A stretch of 64,000 nt of DNA from the human T2T-CHM13v2.0 reference genome, Homo sapiens: assembly GCF_009914755.1 (NCBI RefSeq), contig NC_060936.1; one strand, 5' to 3'. Numbering within the stretch: the first letter of the stretch is position 1; each line of letters starts with the position of its first letter. This document shows positions 1-29,251 of this stretch, in pieces. The position numbers were made by a program, and so were the translations under genes. The notes beneath the pieces are model-generated. The model had not been told where the DNA came from. It saw nothing but the letters and a program-made list of their open reading frames with translations, and did not search any database.

Positions 1-120
1 CCACATATACATACATATATATACCTATATGCATATATGTATACACACATGTATACATACATATACACATACATATATACACACATATAAGTATGTGCAT
101 ATATATACACACTCACACAC
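1..120. repeat. (CATA/TA)n-type low-complexity repeat
   Basis: Alternating purine-pyrimidine runs such as catatacatacatatatata. Confidence 0.85.
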
Positions 121-127
121 CCCAATT

Positions 128-456
<329 letters not shown>

Positions 457-1084
457 TAGGTTGTTTCCAAATCTTGGCTGTTGTGAATAATGCTGCAGTG
501 AATGTGAGACTGCAGATGCCCTTACGAGGTGGTGATTTTATTTCCTTTGGGTGTATGCCCAGGAGAGGGATTGCTGGGTCATATGGTAGTTCTATTTTTA
601 ACTTCTTTAGAAACCTTCATCCTTTTATTCCATAATGGCTGCACCAATCTACATTCCCATGAACAGTGTAACCAATCACATCGCCTTTAAAAAACAACTT
701 TTAAAAAAGCTAAGACAATTTATAAGACATACAGGAAAGTAGAGGGAATAAAATAATGAGCAAATCTATCACTTTGATTTAATAACTGTTAACATTTGCT
801 TTATTTGCTTCACCATTTTTCCCCTGAAGTATTTAAAGGTGAATTACAAGTGTCACGACATTTCACCCCTAAATACTTCAGTTTGCATATTTTAAAATTA
901 AACTTTTTCTTTCACAGTCATAAGACCAGTATTACACCCTACAAAATGAATAATATTTCCATAATATTACACAATACCTAGTCCATATTAACACGTACCT
1001 GGTTGGCCCTAAAATGTCTTTTAAAGGTAGATCCAGTCAAGGTTCACATAATTGTTAGGTCTCTTAAATTTCTTTAATCTAGAA

Positions 1085-1290
1085 CAGTGGCTCTCAATTG
1101 AGGGTGATTTTGCCTCCAAAGGGACGTTGTCCCCAAAAGGAGACACTGTTGGTTGTCATAACAGAGTTGGAGGTGAGGGTGCTACCTGCATGTAGTGGGT
1201 ATTTAATATCCCACAAAGCATAGGACAGCCCCCTATAGCAAAGAATCATCCAGCCCAAAATGCCAGTAGTGCTGAGTTTGAGAAACCCTG
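1085..1290. mobile_element. MER20-like hAT DNA transposon remnant
   Basis: cagtggctctcaa...ttgagaaaccctg terminal inverted repeats. Confidence 0.7.
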
Positions 1291-1656
1291 CATGAAAACA
1301 GCCCCACCCAATTTTTTTTTCATGCTGTCAATTTGTTGAAAAGTCCAAGTCAATTGTCCTGTAGAAAGTTCTATTAATATCTTCTCAGTTTGGCTGATTA
1401 TTTCCTATGCTGTCATTTAGCTTGTTCCCCACTCCTCTGTTAATTGCCTACAGCTGGAACTTAGGTCTAAAAGTAGTTGAGGAATTTGAAATACAGTAGT
1501 AAAAAGGATCCACTAAAGGGCCCTTAGCCAGTTGGTGGGCCACTCAACTGGCTCCAACCAGTTGAGCCTCTTGCCTACTGCTCCAACCACTCCTCCATGG
1601 CCCTTGCGTATGAGGTGGGGCAAAGACCTGACAGCCTTCCAGGTGCCTTCTGGTAG

Positions 1657-1929
<273 letters not shown>

Positions 1930-2466
1930 TAGCCCCTTGCTGAGCATCTAGCTTCCTACTCTGGGCCACCACTGTCCCTGGTCGTTATGTGTTGGGGAAT
2001 CTTAAATCATAGTAGTAATAATTCTGAGCACTGACTGTGTGCCAGGCATGATGCTAGGTACTCTGGTGGGTATTGTTTTAACTCTCACAACTGCCCTAGG
2101 AATTATTATCCCCATTTTACAGACTGGAATGTGCAGGCTTAGAGATGCTAAAATGCCTACCTGAGATCCAGGTAAGTGGTGATTGTGGTGAAGTTGAGAT
2201 TCAAACCTCTGTGCTGTACCATCTCCTCCAAGTGCCCCTGCCTCTAGTCCAAGGGGATCTTTCTCAATCTGGGTCTCTGCTGGCTTCACACTCATAGGAG
2301 CAAAAGGCATATAGTTTGGCTGTGAAGGGCGTAGCCTTCAGAGTCAGATCTGGGTTTAAATCCTGGTTTCATCACTACTGTATTGTTGTAGGAGCTCTTT
2401 AGATGGTAAAGAGGATTAAATAATATATAAATGTAAAGTAGTGCCTGGGACACAGTAATTGATAAG

Positions 2467-4186
<1,720 letters not shown>

Positions 4187-4211
4187 TAAGTGAAGGTGCC
4201 CAAGTCTCCTT

Positions 4212-4739
<528 letters not shown>

Positions 4740-4797
4740 ATTTACAGCATGTGTCTTCATCTGGGACTCTCTTTCTATTATTTAGAAGGAGACTTAT

Positions 4798-5535
4798 TGT
4801 CAGGGGTCCCCAGGTTCATCTCTAGGTTTGATGATTCACTAGCATATCTCGCAGGACTCAGCACTGAGGCACATTCATGGCTGTGATGCATTACAGTGAA
4901 AAGGCACCAAGCAAGATCAGCACAGGGAGAAGGTGTGTGGTCCGGCGTCTGGAGGAAACTGGGCGCAAGCTTCCAAGTACAGTCACACTGAGCACACATG
5001 GTTCTTTCAGGATCTGTGACCACACATCATGTCAAGAGTTATCTACTAGGCTGGGCATGGTGGCTCATGCCTGTAATCTCAGTGCTTTGGGAGGCCAAGG
5101 CGGGAGGATCACTTGAGGCCAGGAGTTTGAGACTGGCCTGGGCAAATGAGCAAGACCCCATCTCTACAATGAATAAAAAAAAATTAGTTGGGCATAGTGG
5201 TACATGCCTGTGGTCCCAGCTACTCTGGAGACTGAGATGGGAGGATGGCTTGATCTCAGAAGGTCTGATGGTGACAAGGTGCTGAGGGGTAGAAAAAAGC
5301 AGATCCTAAGTCCAGGAGTTTGAGGCTGCAGCAAGCTATGATTGCGCCACTCCAGCCTGGGTGACAGAGTGAGACCCTGTCTCTTAAAAAAAAAAAGGTT
5401 ATCTCATAGTGGGGTATACTAGAGATTCAGTACCCCAAATTCTTACTGGGGGCTGGTCGTGTAGACACCCTCTGCCTAGCACATACCAAAATTCTAGACA
5501 CTCAGAGGAAAAGCAGGTGTTTGGGATAAACTGCT
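4798..5535. mobile_element. MER21-like LTR fragment interrupted by an AluJ (~5049-5397)
   Basis: tgtcaggggtcccc...gatgattcactag...aggactcagc...ttacagtgaaaagg resembles the recalled MER21 consensus. Confidence 0.6.
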
Positions 5536-5667
5536 GGGCATGGTGGCACTTGCCTGTGGTCTCAGCTACTGGGGAGTCTGAGGTGGGAGGATCGCCTGAG
5601 CCTCCCCAGAACAGTGGGGAGCCACAACCTGTAAAAAGGTCACATGGTCAGGTGTGCCTAAACGATC

Positions 5668-7819
<2,152 letters not shown>

Positions 7820-8923
7820 TGTAATTGTCTTTCAATGTATAGATACATTTCATGTATTCATGTCCCCCAACCCAATAGTGACTTTATAATCCATGGCATG
7901 TTTTATTAACCAGCATTCAGTAAACTACAGTCCATGGCTATTTCTGTGTAGCCCATGAGCTAAGAATGATTTTTACATTTTTAAAGGATTGTAAGAAGAA
8001 AAAAAAAAAAGAGAGAGAGAGAAATATGCAAGAGGGACCTGCAAAGCTGAAAGTATTTCTTATTTGGCCCCTTACCTGACCCTTGTTAATCAACAGTTTC
8101 GAGGAGTGAGAACTCATTCTCATCTTGGCGAGACTTGATGCACAGGCCCTGACAAGTCCTGCAGTAAAGAAGCCTGTCTACCTTTGTTGAACCCATAATT
8201 TCCCAAATGTCATTGGCTTCCTGGGCTATTTACACACCAGTACATAAATAAACATCCTTTGGAACTGTCTGCATGGAATAGAGTCTAAACCCTTTAGTGT
8301 GACATTCCAGCCCCTTCAAAATTTGGCTTCTACCTGCCTTTGCAGACACAGGTCCTGTTATGACCTCCAAGACACCCTCTGCTGCTGCCAGCCCCAGCTG
8401 TCCCATGCATTTCCCTCCGCCACTGCCTTCCCGTGCTATTCCCTCTCCCTCCCCTCCTTTTCTCTTCTGATGAAATCCTGCTCATTAGTCCTGACCCTGC
8501 ACAAATGTCGCCTCCTCTGGGAATTCATTAGTCCTTCTTCTGCAGGCCCTGTCCTCTGCTTACATGATGAGGGGAGCTGCTTTCCTTTGCAATATGTCAC
8601 TGTTTCCCAAATGTGGGGCATGCACGCTGGCCATGTGCAAACAGATTGCAGCTAGAATATAGGTGAAAACATTTTCATTTACTAGTGATGAATTAATTTT
8701 TAAAGGAATAATAGAGCTTGCAGAGCAAACTTGTGATTTAATGGATATTTACTTAGGGTAGTAAGTAATAATAACAGTAAACAAAGAATAATAAACATAA
8801 TGGCTTGGTTTACAGAAAACTATTATAGATAATAACAGTCCATGTGGCTGCAAAAAATGGAGTGAAGGTGACTTTATCAATTAGGGTTGTCACAGGAAAC
8901 AGCACAGCCAACATGGGTAAATT

Positions 8924-9305
<382 letters not shown>

Positions 9306-9836
9306 CTAAGGAAATTAAGAAGGGAGCATGCGGGAGTAGCCAGAGCTCCAGAAATGGGTCAGGGGAGGGAGGAATGAGGATATGGCTGCCTGCTATGCCC
9401 TTCCTGGAGGGGTGCAGCCAAATTAGGGACGGGCCCAGGGGGTGGCAAATACCCCAACCTCCCTCTCCTCCCACCCTTTATCTCCCACTTGTGCCTCCCA
9501 CTGGCTGGGCTACTCAGCAGCCAAGCACAAGGAAGCCCATTGGTGCAAGCCCTGCAGGTCCCAGGCAGGGCATGGGGAGGTGTGGGGTGGGAGGTGCACC
9601 CGGGGGTGGGGAAGACAGACTTGAAGGACCCTCATGCCACTCTCTGTCCCCCTCCCGGAAGGAGGTCTTCCTGGACAAGGGTCCAGGACAGGCACAGGAA
9701 ATGGTTCTTCCCCAGAAATGACCTTGACCTCACATTCACCTTGAGGCTGCTCTCATCCTTTCCTCCTGCAGTCGCACAGCATCTCCTGCACAAGGACAAG
9801 TGCAGGTGCTCTGGTTCTCAGTCTCTCTATCTGTAG

Positions 9837-10302
<466 letters not shown>

Positions 10303-11003
10303 TGAGGAAACACTGGTACATAAAACATAGGAAATGGAGCAGACCTGGATGAAGGAGTGGCGGTGGGATGGGCCATGGGAGGGGGCTGGGACCCTACCTT
10401 TTTGCCTTCTTCTGGCACCTTTGCTCAGACTAAGGGATCAGGTTAAAAAAATTTTTTTTTAATTAAAAACAATTAGAATTCTAACATCTGACTTCACCCC
10501 TCCCTAGAGGGCTGGGGGCGGAGTCTCATAAACTAGCCTCCTGAGTTGCTGGGACTACAGGCGCGCGCCACCACGCCCAGCTAATTTTTGTATTTTTAGT
10601 AGAGACGGGGTTTCACCATGTTGGCCAGGATGGTCTCATCTCTTGACCTCGTGATCCGCCCACTTCGGCCTCCCAAAATGCTGGGAATACAGCGTGAGCC
10701 ACCGCGCCCGGCCCCAGCCTTCTTTTTTAGTTTCGTTTGGTCTCCTCCACCTCCCCAAGTTGTTAAATTCTTAGTGGCAGTGATTTAAAAACCAGGATAT
10801 TCCACATGAAAGTCTGAATTTCTGGTTTCCCTTGGAAAATCAGATCTGACACCTCCCGCCCACATTCCCGCGGGAATCCGAGTTCCTACAAACGGAGCCA
10901 TCGGCTCCCTCTTCGCTCACAGAGACCAGCCAGGCTGAAGTGCTCCAGGGCCCGCAGAGCTTAGCGGGCCTTTGAGTTGCTAACTGAGGTTCAGGCGCGT
11001 CAC

Positions 11004-11036
11004 CACTGTCCTCTGGCGTCCATTTGCGGTATTGCA
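11004..11036 (-). promoter_or_regulatory. Candidate CTCF site (core plus upstream motif), reverse orientation, in a CCDC63 intron
   Basis: - strand TGCAATAC-cgcaaa-TGGACGCCAGAGGACAGTG in a locally CpG-enriched non-repeat patch. Confidence 0.55.
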
Positions 11037-11604
11037 GGGAAGGTCTTTGCGGGCAGGCCTGGAAGTGGGCAGGACCCTGAATTCTCGGGTCCCAGTGGGA
11101 CACCGAGGGAGGACAAGCCCTAGCAGAGGGGTATGAGGACCCCAGCTGAATATCCTGACCTGATAGAAAATATTCCTGAGCTGAATTGGCCTTGATTTTC
11201 CCCACTCCTCATAAGGGGACCCTCTTCCTTAGGGTCATGACAAATATGTCTAAGATGGGTAAGCGCTGCCCTCTCTGGGCCTCAGTTTCCCCATCTGTAG
11301 AGTGATATTTGGACCAGAACAGTAGCTTCCAAGCTCTTTGTTAAGGTTACAGAACTATGACTTTTTGGGCTCAAATAGATCTGCAAATGCCTGTTGAATA
11401 AGTCCAGAGAGCACTGATTTCCAATGGTAAGACTTAATTTTGCAAAAAATGTTATAGGACAAAGATATGCTCACTGTAGAGAATCTGGAAAGCAACTAAG
11501 GATGGAAGGAATTTTAAACCACCCACTATCCCATTGCCTGAGACAATCACTGGTGACATTCTGAAATATTTCCTTCCAACTTCCAACTTTTTTTTTGGTC
11601 CTTC

Positions 11605-11680
11605 TTTCCTTCCTTCCTTCCTTCCTTCCTTCCTTCCTTCCTTCCTTCCTTCCTTCCTTCCTTCCTTCCTTCCTTCCTTC
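11605..11680. repeat. (TTCC)n microsatellite at the tail of an antisense Alu (~11690-11906)
   Basis: Uninterrupted cttc tetramers. Confidence 0.95.
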
Positions 11681-12860
11681 GTTTTTCTTTCTTTTTCTTT
11701 CTTCTTTTTTTGCAGGATCTCACACTGTCACCCAGGCTGGAGTACAGTGGCTTGATCTTGGCTCACTCCAGCCTCAATCTCCCTGGCTCAGGTGATCGTC
11801 TCATCTCAGCCTCCAGAGTGGCTGGGACTACAGGCACACACCACCACACCCAGCTAATTTTTGTATTTTTTGCAGAGATGAGGTTTCAGTGTGTTGCCCA
11901 GGCTGGTGTCAATGGTTGTGCTTTTCAAATGTAACATAGTTATTATCATATAAAGTTGTGTATCTGATTGAAGCAAATGTCCTTTTGGTTACTCGTTCAT
12001 CCAGCAAGTATTTATTGAGCACCTACTGCGTTCCAGACACTGCTCTAGACCCTGATAATGTGGCAGTGAACAGGATGACAAAAAGTTCAGCCCTCACAGA
12101 ACTGCTGTTTTGGCAGGGAGAAACAGACAATAAACAACAAGCCCAATACTTACGTAAGTTATAGAGTAAGTTAGAAAGGGAGATGCAGTGTGGGTAAAAA
12201 GATGAAGTCGCACAGCGTAAGACGGGTTTTGGAGCCGGTTGGGGCCCCGGGCAGTTGAGAAGTTAAGATCTGAGTGAACTTACAGGTGAAGGATTGAGCT
12301 GTCCAGATCTCTGGGGAAGAACGCTCCAGGCAGAGGAAACAGCAACAGCACACGCAAAGGCCCTGACGCAGCTTGCAAGCAGGCCAGGGTGTCTGGCGCA
12401 CAGAGAGAGACATGGGAGGGAGAGGGGATGAATCTGGGAGGTGAGGGCTGCTGGGCACATTTCCAGAAGAGGTTTTGGCCATTTCTCAGAGAGGCAGGGG
12501 CCATGGGAGATCTCCGAGCAGGGGAGCGGTGCCATCGACTCAGGTTATTGATGCAATTTGCAAAATAGTAAAAAGTCTCAATGTGAATCCCATCACCTGG
12601 ATATGGCATTGGTTCATCTTTTTGGTAGAGATCCCCCACCCCACCCCTGCCCTGTAAAGATCGGAAGACTCACTTCCTTTCTTTTTTCCTTTTTCCAAAA
12701 TCATATATTTTTTTCCGATTAGAATTTTTTTTCACAATTTGGAAAATACTAAAAAGTATAAATACAACCTCCAAATCAGGAATAATTCCATCACACGGAC
12801 ATAGCATTGTTTCATCTTTTTGGTAGAGTTCTTTCTGCTTTTTTAAAAATTAAAAATTTT

Positions 12861-14475
<1,615 letters not shown>

Positions 14476-14804
14476 AAGAAGAAGAAAAGCACATTCCCCA
14501 GAACCCCTCCCATACCTACAGACATAGCTTCTCTGTGGATGGGCCAGGAATCTGCATTTTAGCCATATTTTAACCCAAGACCCTCTCCCCTGTTTTATGA
14601 ATGTGCCATCATTAACTGACCCCCTATCAGTAGACATTTGATTGTCCCCAACTGGGGGCCACTATAAACAAGAATACAACAGACAGCCCTGAGGGTCCAC
14701 CTTTGCCGACCTGTTCTGTTATTTCCATGGGACAGACTCCTAGGCATGAGATTGGTCGGTCGAAAGGTGTGAGCTTTTTTCTATCAGAGCACATGGTTTA
14801 AGCC

Positions 14805-15385
14805 CAGTGGTTCTCAAAGCTGGTCCCTGGGACAGCAGTGGCAGCATCACCTGGGAACTTGTTAGAAATGTACATTCTTAGGCCCCACCCAGACCAACAG
14901 AATCGGAAGCCCTGGGCATGGGTTCTGGCATTCTGCATTTTCACAAGCCTCCAGGTGACTCTGGAGAGTCTGAGAGTATGCTCAGGTTTGAGAACTCCCA
15001 CTCCACAGCCACACTCTTCAATACCATAGCCACCAGCCACGTGTGGCTTTTTAAGTTACATTAACTGAAATTAAACAATATCTAAAAATTAGTTCATCAG
15101 AGGTTGGGCACAGTGGCTCTGTGCCACTGTGGGCCTGTAATCCCAGCACTTTGGGAGGCTGAGGCGGAAGGATTGCTTGAGTGTAGGAGTTCGAGACCAG
15201 CCCGGGCAACATAGTGAGACCCCCCATCTCTATAAAAATAAAAAAAGAAAAAAAAGAAAAATTAGTTCCTAGTGGCACCAGTCATATTTCAAGTGCTCAG
15301 CACCATGTGGCTAGTGACTACAGTATTAGGGTGGATAGGACATTACCATCAGAACAGAAAATTCTATTGACTGCATTGTTCTAGA
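14805..15385. mobile_element. MER5A-like (~14805-14997) and MER3-like (~15020-15385, split by an Alu monomer) DNA transposon remnants
   Basis: cagtggttctcaaa...tttgagaac; tagccaccagccacgtgtggc...catgtggctagtgact; TSD aaaattagttc around the monomer. Confidence 0.65.
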
Positions 15386-15798
15386 ATTTTCCAGAAGAGG
15401 CTGAGGCGGGCGGATCGCCTGAGGTCAGGAGTTTGAGACCAGCCTGACCAATATGGTGAAGCCCCCATCTCTAGTAAAAATACAAAAAGCTGGGCTTGGT
15501 GGTGCGTGCCTGTAGTCCCAGCTACTCAGGAGGCTGGGGCAGGAGAATCGCTTGAACCTGGGAGATCTAGGAGGTTGCAGTGAGCCAAGATTGTGCCATT
15601 GCACTCCAGCCTAGGCATCGCAGCGAGACTTCATCTCAAAAAAAAAAGATAAAGAAAGAAAGGATGACTCACCCCTCCCACCCCCTTTCATGCTCTCACC
15701 CTCCTTTTACTTAAGAAACATCAGAAGAAAAAAAAATAATAACCCCACGGGCCTAAGAGGGGCCCAGGTGTTTGGGGCTCTTTGAAACGGATCATTGA

Positions 15799-16026
<228 letters not shown>

Positions 16027-16608
16027 TGACGGGAGCTTCTGTCTGTCTGTCCGTCGGGCATCTGTCAGCTGCTTCTCAGGAGCAGTAAGAGGTCTGCCCC
16101 ATGACTCAGGCTGGCCTGGATCACATCCAGACATGTCCTGACGTTTTGTCCCGGGCAGCCTCTGCTACAATGTCATTGTGGAATTCTGTCCCTTCTTCCA
16201 TTCTAAAGCCCCCACCCCCCTTTTCAGGGAGTCCAGCCCGGGCTCTTGGGCCTGCAATTTCATCCCTGATGGGCTCCTTCCACATGGATCTCTGCCTCTT
16301 TCCCTCTTTCTTCCCCTTGTCCTGCCTGTGCCCTGTTCTCAATCAGTAATAGCAAATACACACACTTCTGGAGTAATTACCATGTACGAGGCGCCGGGCT
16401 AAGAGCTTGGCTTGCACTTTCATTGAATCCTGGTGGCAGGTGCTGTTGATCTCGTCGTTTTACAGATGCAGAGGCTAAGGTTCACGGAAGTTAAGTCACT
16501 TGACCAACATCAAGGAGCTGGGATATTGTATACGTTTTGAGCTTTATTCAGCTGCTAATAATAGGGACTCCAAATAATAGTGGCTTAAGCAAGATACAAG
16601 TTTATTTA

Positions 16609-16851
<243 letters not shown>

Positions 16852-17674
16852 TCAGGGCTGGTATGGCACCTTTATGATGTCATCAGTGACCTGGGCTCCG
16901 TCTTTCTGTTTTGCCATCCTTAGTGGGTGACTTATATTCCAAGGGCACCTCATGGTTGCATCGTAGCTGCCATAGATCCAGCCGTTGCATATACATTCCA
17001 GATAGGAAGAAAGTGGGAGCTGCAACAACAACAACAAAAATCCTCACTAGCAGAGTCAGACAGCTTAAAAGTGCCTTCCCAGAAGTCTCAGCCAATGACT
17101 TCTGTATTTAAACTTCATTGGCCACCCCTATTGCAAGAGAGGTTTGGAAATGTAACTTTTAGTTGGTCACATTGCCACCCTAAATACAATCAGAGTTTTG
17201 TTACTGAGGTATAAGGAAAGAGTGGATAGCATATGTCTGACAAAGACCTGGCAACTGCCCTCCGGAGTCATTTCCCTTCCCTTCTTTGCGGCTGTTTTCT
17301 GCTTTTTTTGTCTGACGCGCACCTGGGAGACAGGGATGGCCGCCAGGGTGTTATTCTCCTCTAGGCCACTGGATGGCAGCAAAGCACATGCTGCCCATTG
17401 AGGTGCTCAGAGCGGCATCTCCCGGATATCTGGGTATGGGGAATAACAGGGTTCCAGGCAGGGTCCAGGTCCACGGAGACCCTCCCCAAGCTGGGCAGAT
17501 GCCTGGGGCCCACGTCCTTCACTCGGGGCCACCCAGAATCCAGACTCTTGTTGAGGTTGAGACTGGCGCCCCTCTACATCTTGGCGTTTGGAACAGGCTG
17601 ATCAGGCAAAGCCAAACATCTCCCTCGCCTCTGCCTGAAGCCCCACCGCTAGCTTTTTGTTACTTTGGCTTTAG

Positions 17675-23716
<6,042 letters not shown>

Positions 23717-23744
23717 AAACATCAGATTCTTAGTACACTCTGTG

Positions 23745-25110
<1,366 letters not shown>

Positions 25111-25501
25111 CACAGCCTATCAGGTTCTTTCTAGCCTGGCCTTGCTTATATTTCTGATCTCCTCTTGTCCTGCTCTGTCCCTGGCTCACCTGTAGCCACA
25201 CTATCCTCCTCTCGATCCTTCCAAATCCATTGCTGCCCCTGCATCTTGTTCCTACCTTGGGGCCTTTGCACAGGCTGTTCCTGGAAGACCTGTCCCATGC
25301 CCAGTTCCTCCACATTCTCAAATCTCAGTTTCATTGTCCTCCCTGCACTGAAGCTGCCCTGTCCCCACCCATCTGAAGCTTCACCCCCTACTCCCCCCGA
25401 CCACTATTATTCCCTCTCACCGCAGTCCTAGTGTTTAGCATTTACCCAATTTGTCTCTATGGACAGGTTGCTTTCAATATCTGAATCTATGTGGTTCCTG
25501 A

Positions 25502-26128
<627 letters not shown>

Positions 26129-27252
26129 TAATATTTTTGATCCCTGATTTTCAGATAGAATAGCAGCAGTCTGGATAGTGTGAGGTTTATTCAAAAAACA
26201 TACCCAAATCCAGTAGTTATTGAATCAGATAATGAACATCGGGATGGCCAGGGCTGCCTGTAGTGATTGGTTCAATTGTTGAACTTGGCTTTCTTTCTAT
26301 GCCTCCATACATACTGAAGCTCTGGTAGGGCAAGGGCTGTATTTTTGTTGTTAGTGTTGTCATTGTTTTGTTTTTCCTCCATTGCATCCTTAGCGTCTAG
26401 CACGGTGCATGGCGTGGTAGACATTGAGTAATCATTTGCAAATGAATGAATGAATGAGTGAGTGAATGAATGCTCTTGTGACTGCATGGGGCTATGGAGC
26501 TACAGTGCAAGGGGATGTCCCCTGAATGAGGCAGGCCAGGGAAGCATTCCTGCAGGTAGCGAGGAGTGACCTGAGTTTTAAAACACCTCTAGGGGGTTAT
26601 TCAGGAAGTGTGTAGGGAAAGGCATTCTGGCAGAAGGAACAGCATAAGCAAAGGCCTGGAGACTTGAAACAGAGAACACTGGGGCAAGCCAGGAGTTTAA
26701 GGTGGGGCTCCCAATTTTTAGTGTAACCTGGTGTTTCTCAACCTTCTTTTCGTCATCATCCTGCTAAGGAGCCTCTCTAGACATATTTTCCTAATTGCCC
26801 TCCTTGTGAATGTAACATTTTAATATCATTGAGATACCGTATGTCTGCTTATGTCCTGTGCGTATCTGTGTTGTATACATTAAGAAGTCAGAAGCCAGGC
26901 ACGATGGCTCACGCCTGTAATTCCAGCACTTTAGGAGGCTGATGCGGAAGGATCACTTGAGCCTAGGAGTTCAAGATCAGCCAGACACAGTGTCTATAAA
27001 AAATACAAAAATTAGCTGGGCACGGTGTCATATGTCTTTGGTTGCAGCTACTCGGAAGACTGAAGCAGGAGAATCACTTGAACTGGGAGTTTGAGGTCGC
27101 AGTGAGCCAAGATCATGCCACTGCACTTCAGCCTGGGCAACAGAGCCAGACCTTGTCAAAAAAAAAAAAAAGTCAATTATTTTTCTCTCAAGAACCAAAT
27201 TTCAGCCTCTAAGGGTGAGGAGTGATGTTGTCCTGTTGAGAATGCATAGTGA

Positions 27253-27708
<456 letters not shown>

Positions 27709-28699
27709 TGAACCTCGGTTTCCTCTCTTTATGAGCTCTTGTGGCCTGCCAGTTCCCTTGGGTGCCATCTTGGCTGTGGTCACTTGGTGTCACTTGCTTG
27801 GGGACTTTTCTCTCTATGATGCTAGGGTGACACAGATCCTGAAGTTTAGTTATTTTGGATATTTTTAAAAGTCAAAACTACCTTTTGATCATTTAAAATG
27901 AACCTTAAAATATCAAAAGTTTACAAGTTGGCAAGTTATGAGTAAACAGAGTTCCCAGACTCAGTGTCTCATGCTCACCCTATCTATGCTCCTGAGTCTC
28001 ACTCACCTATGACCACCCTTTCCCTGACCCATTGTGCCTCCAGGACCCATCCTTGGCCCCTCCCCATTTTTGTCCCCTAACCCCACGGTTGAAGCAGCTT
28101 CAACCTGGTCCATGCCAGAAGCGAAATGGTCAACTGTGGCTCTTCCAACACCAGCCCATTGATCTTCCTTCTTTTCCAAGGTGGAAACTCACTCATCCTC
28201 CTCATGTGGGGAGCCAGGCCTTCACTCTGAAGGTGGGAATCAAATTGACCTCACCTGCTTTTTGGAGAGCAGTTTGGCCACATATATGGGAACCGATCCT
28301 TCCAGAAGGACTACTCAAGGGTGGAAGATGAAAGGTGGAGGAGTGGAGGCTGTTCACTGCAGCCCCAAACTGGAAACAAGTATAATGCCCACCCCTTAGA
28401 GATTGGTTAAATAAGGTCCAGCTCATCCACCCATGCAGTGGAATTCTAAGCAGCCCCAAAAATAAGGCACAGGGCCAATATGAAGAGACTAGGAAGATGC
28501 CCTTGATATTAAGACAAAAAGGGAAAACAGTCAGTTGCACAATTGTCTGGGCATCCTGAGAAGTACTGTATTGTATAATCCCATCTTTCTAAAAACATTC
28601 TCTACATATGCATGCAATACACAGGCACACACATGCGTGTGTACACACACACGTGTATGTATATATATGTGTGTGTGTATGTGTATATATGTGTGTGTG

Positions 28700-29251
28700 T
28701 ATATATATAATATTATATATAATATATATTATATTATATATAATATATATTATATATAATATATATTATATTATATATAATATATATTATATAAAATATA
28801 TATTATATTATATATAATATATATTATATAAAATATATATTATATTATATATAATATATATTATATAAAATATATATTATATTATATATAATATATATTA
28901 TATAAAATATATATTATATTATATATAATATATATTATATAAAATATATATTATATTATATAATATATATTATATAAAATATATATTATATTATATATAA
29001 TATATATTTTATAAAATATATATTATATTATATAATATATATTTTATAAAATATATATTATATTATATATAATATATATTATATAAAATATATATTATAT
29101 TATATAATATATATTATATAAAATATATATTATATTATTATAATATATATTATATAAAATATATATTATATTATTATAATATATATTATATAATATAATA
29201 TATATTATATATTATAATAATATAATATATAATATATATATAATATATATA
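28700..29251. repeat. 552-bp pure A/T minisatellite, ~11 copies of a 35-37-bp unit
   Basis: No G or C from 28700 to 29251; AAAA anchors at 28793, 28830, 28867, 28904, 28941, 28976, 29013, 29048, 29085, 29120, 29156. Confidence 0.95.

Noticed and set aside
17560-17600. CTCF-like AGAGGGGCGCC on the - strand
   Set aside because: G-run spacing and the 5' half do not fit the core consensus
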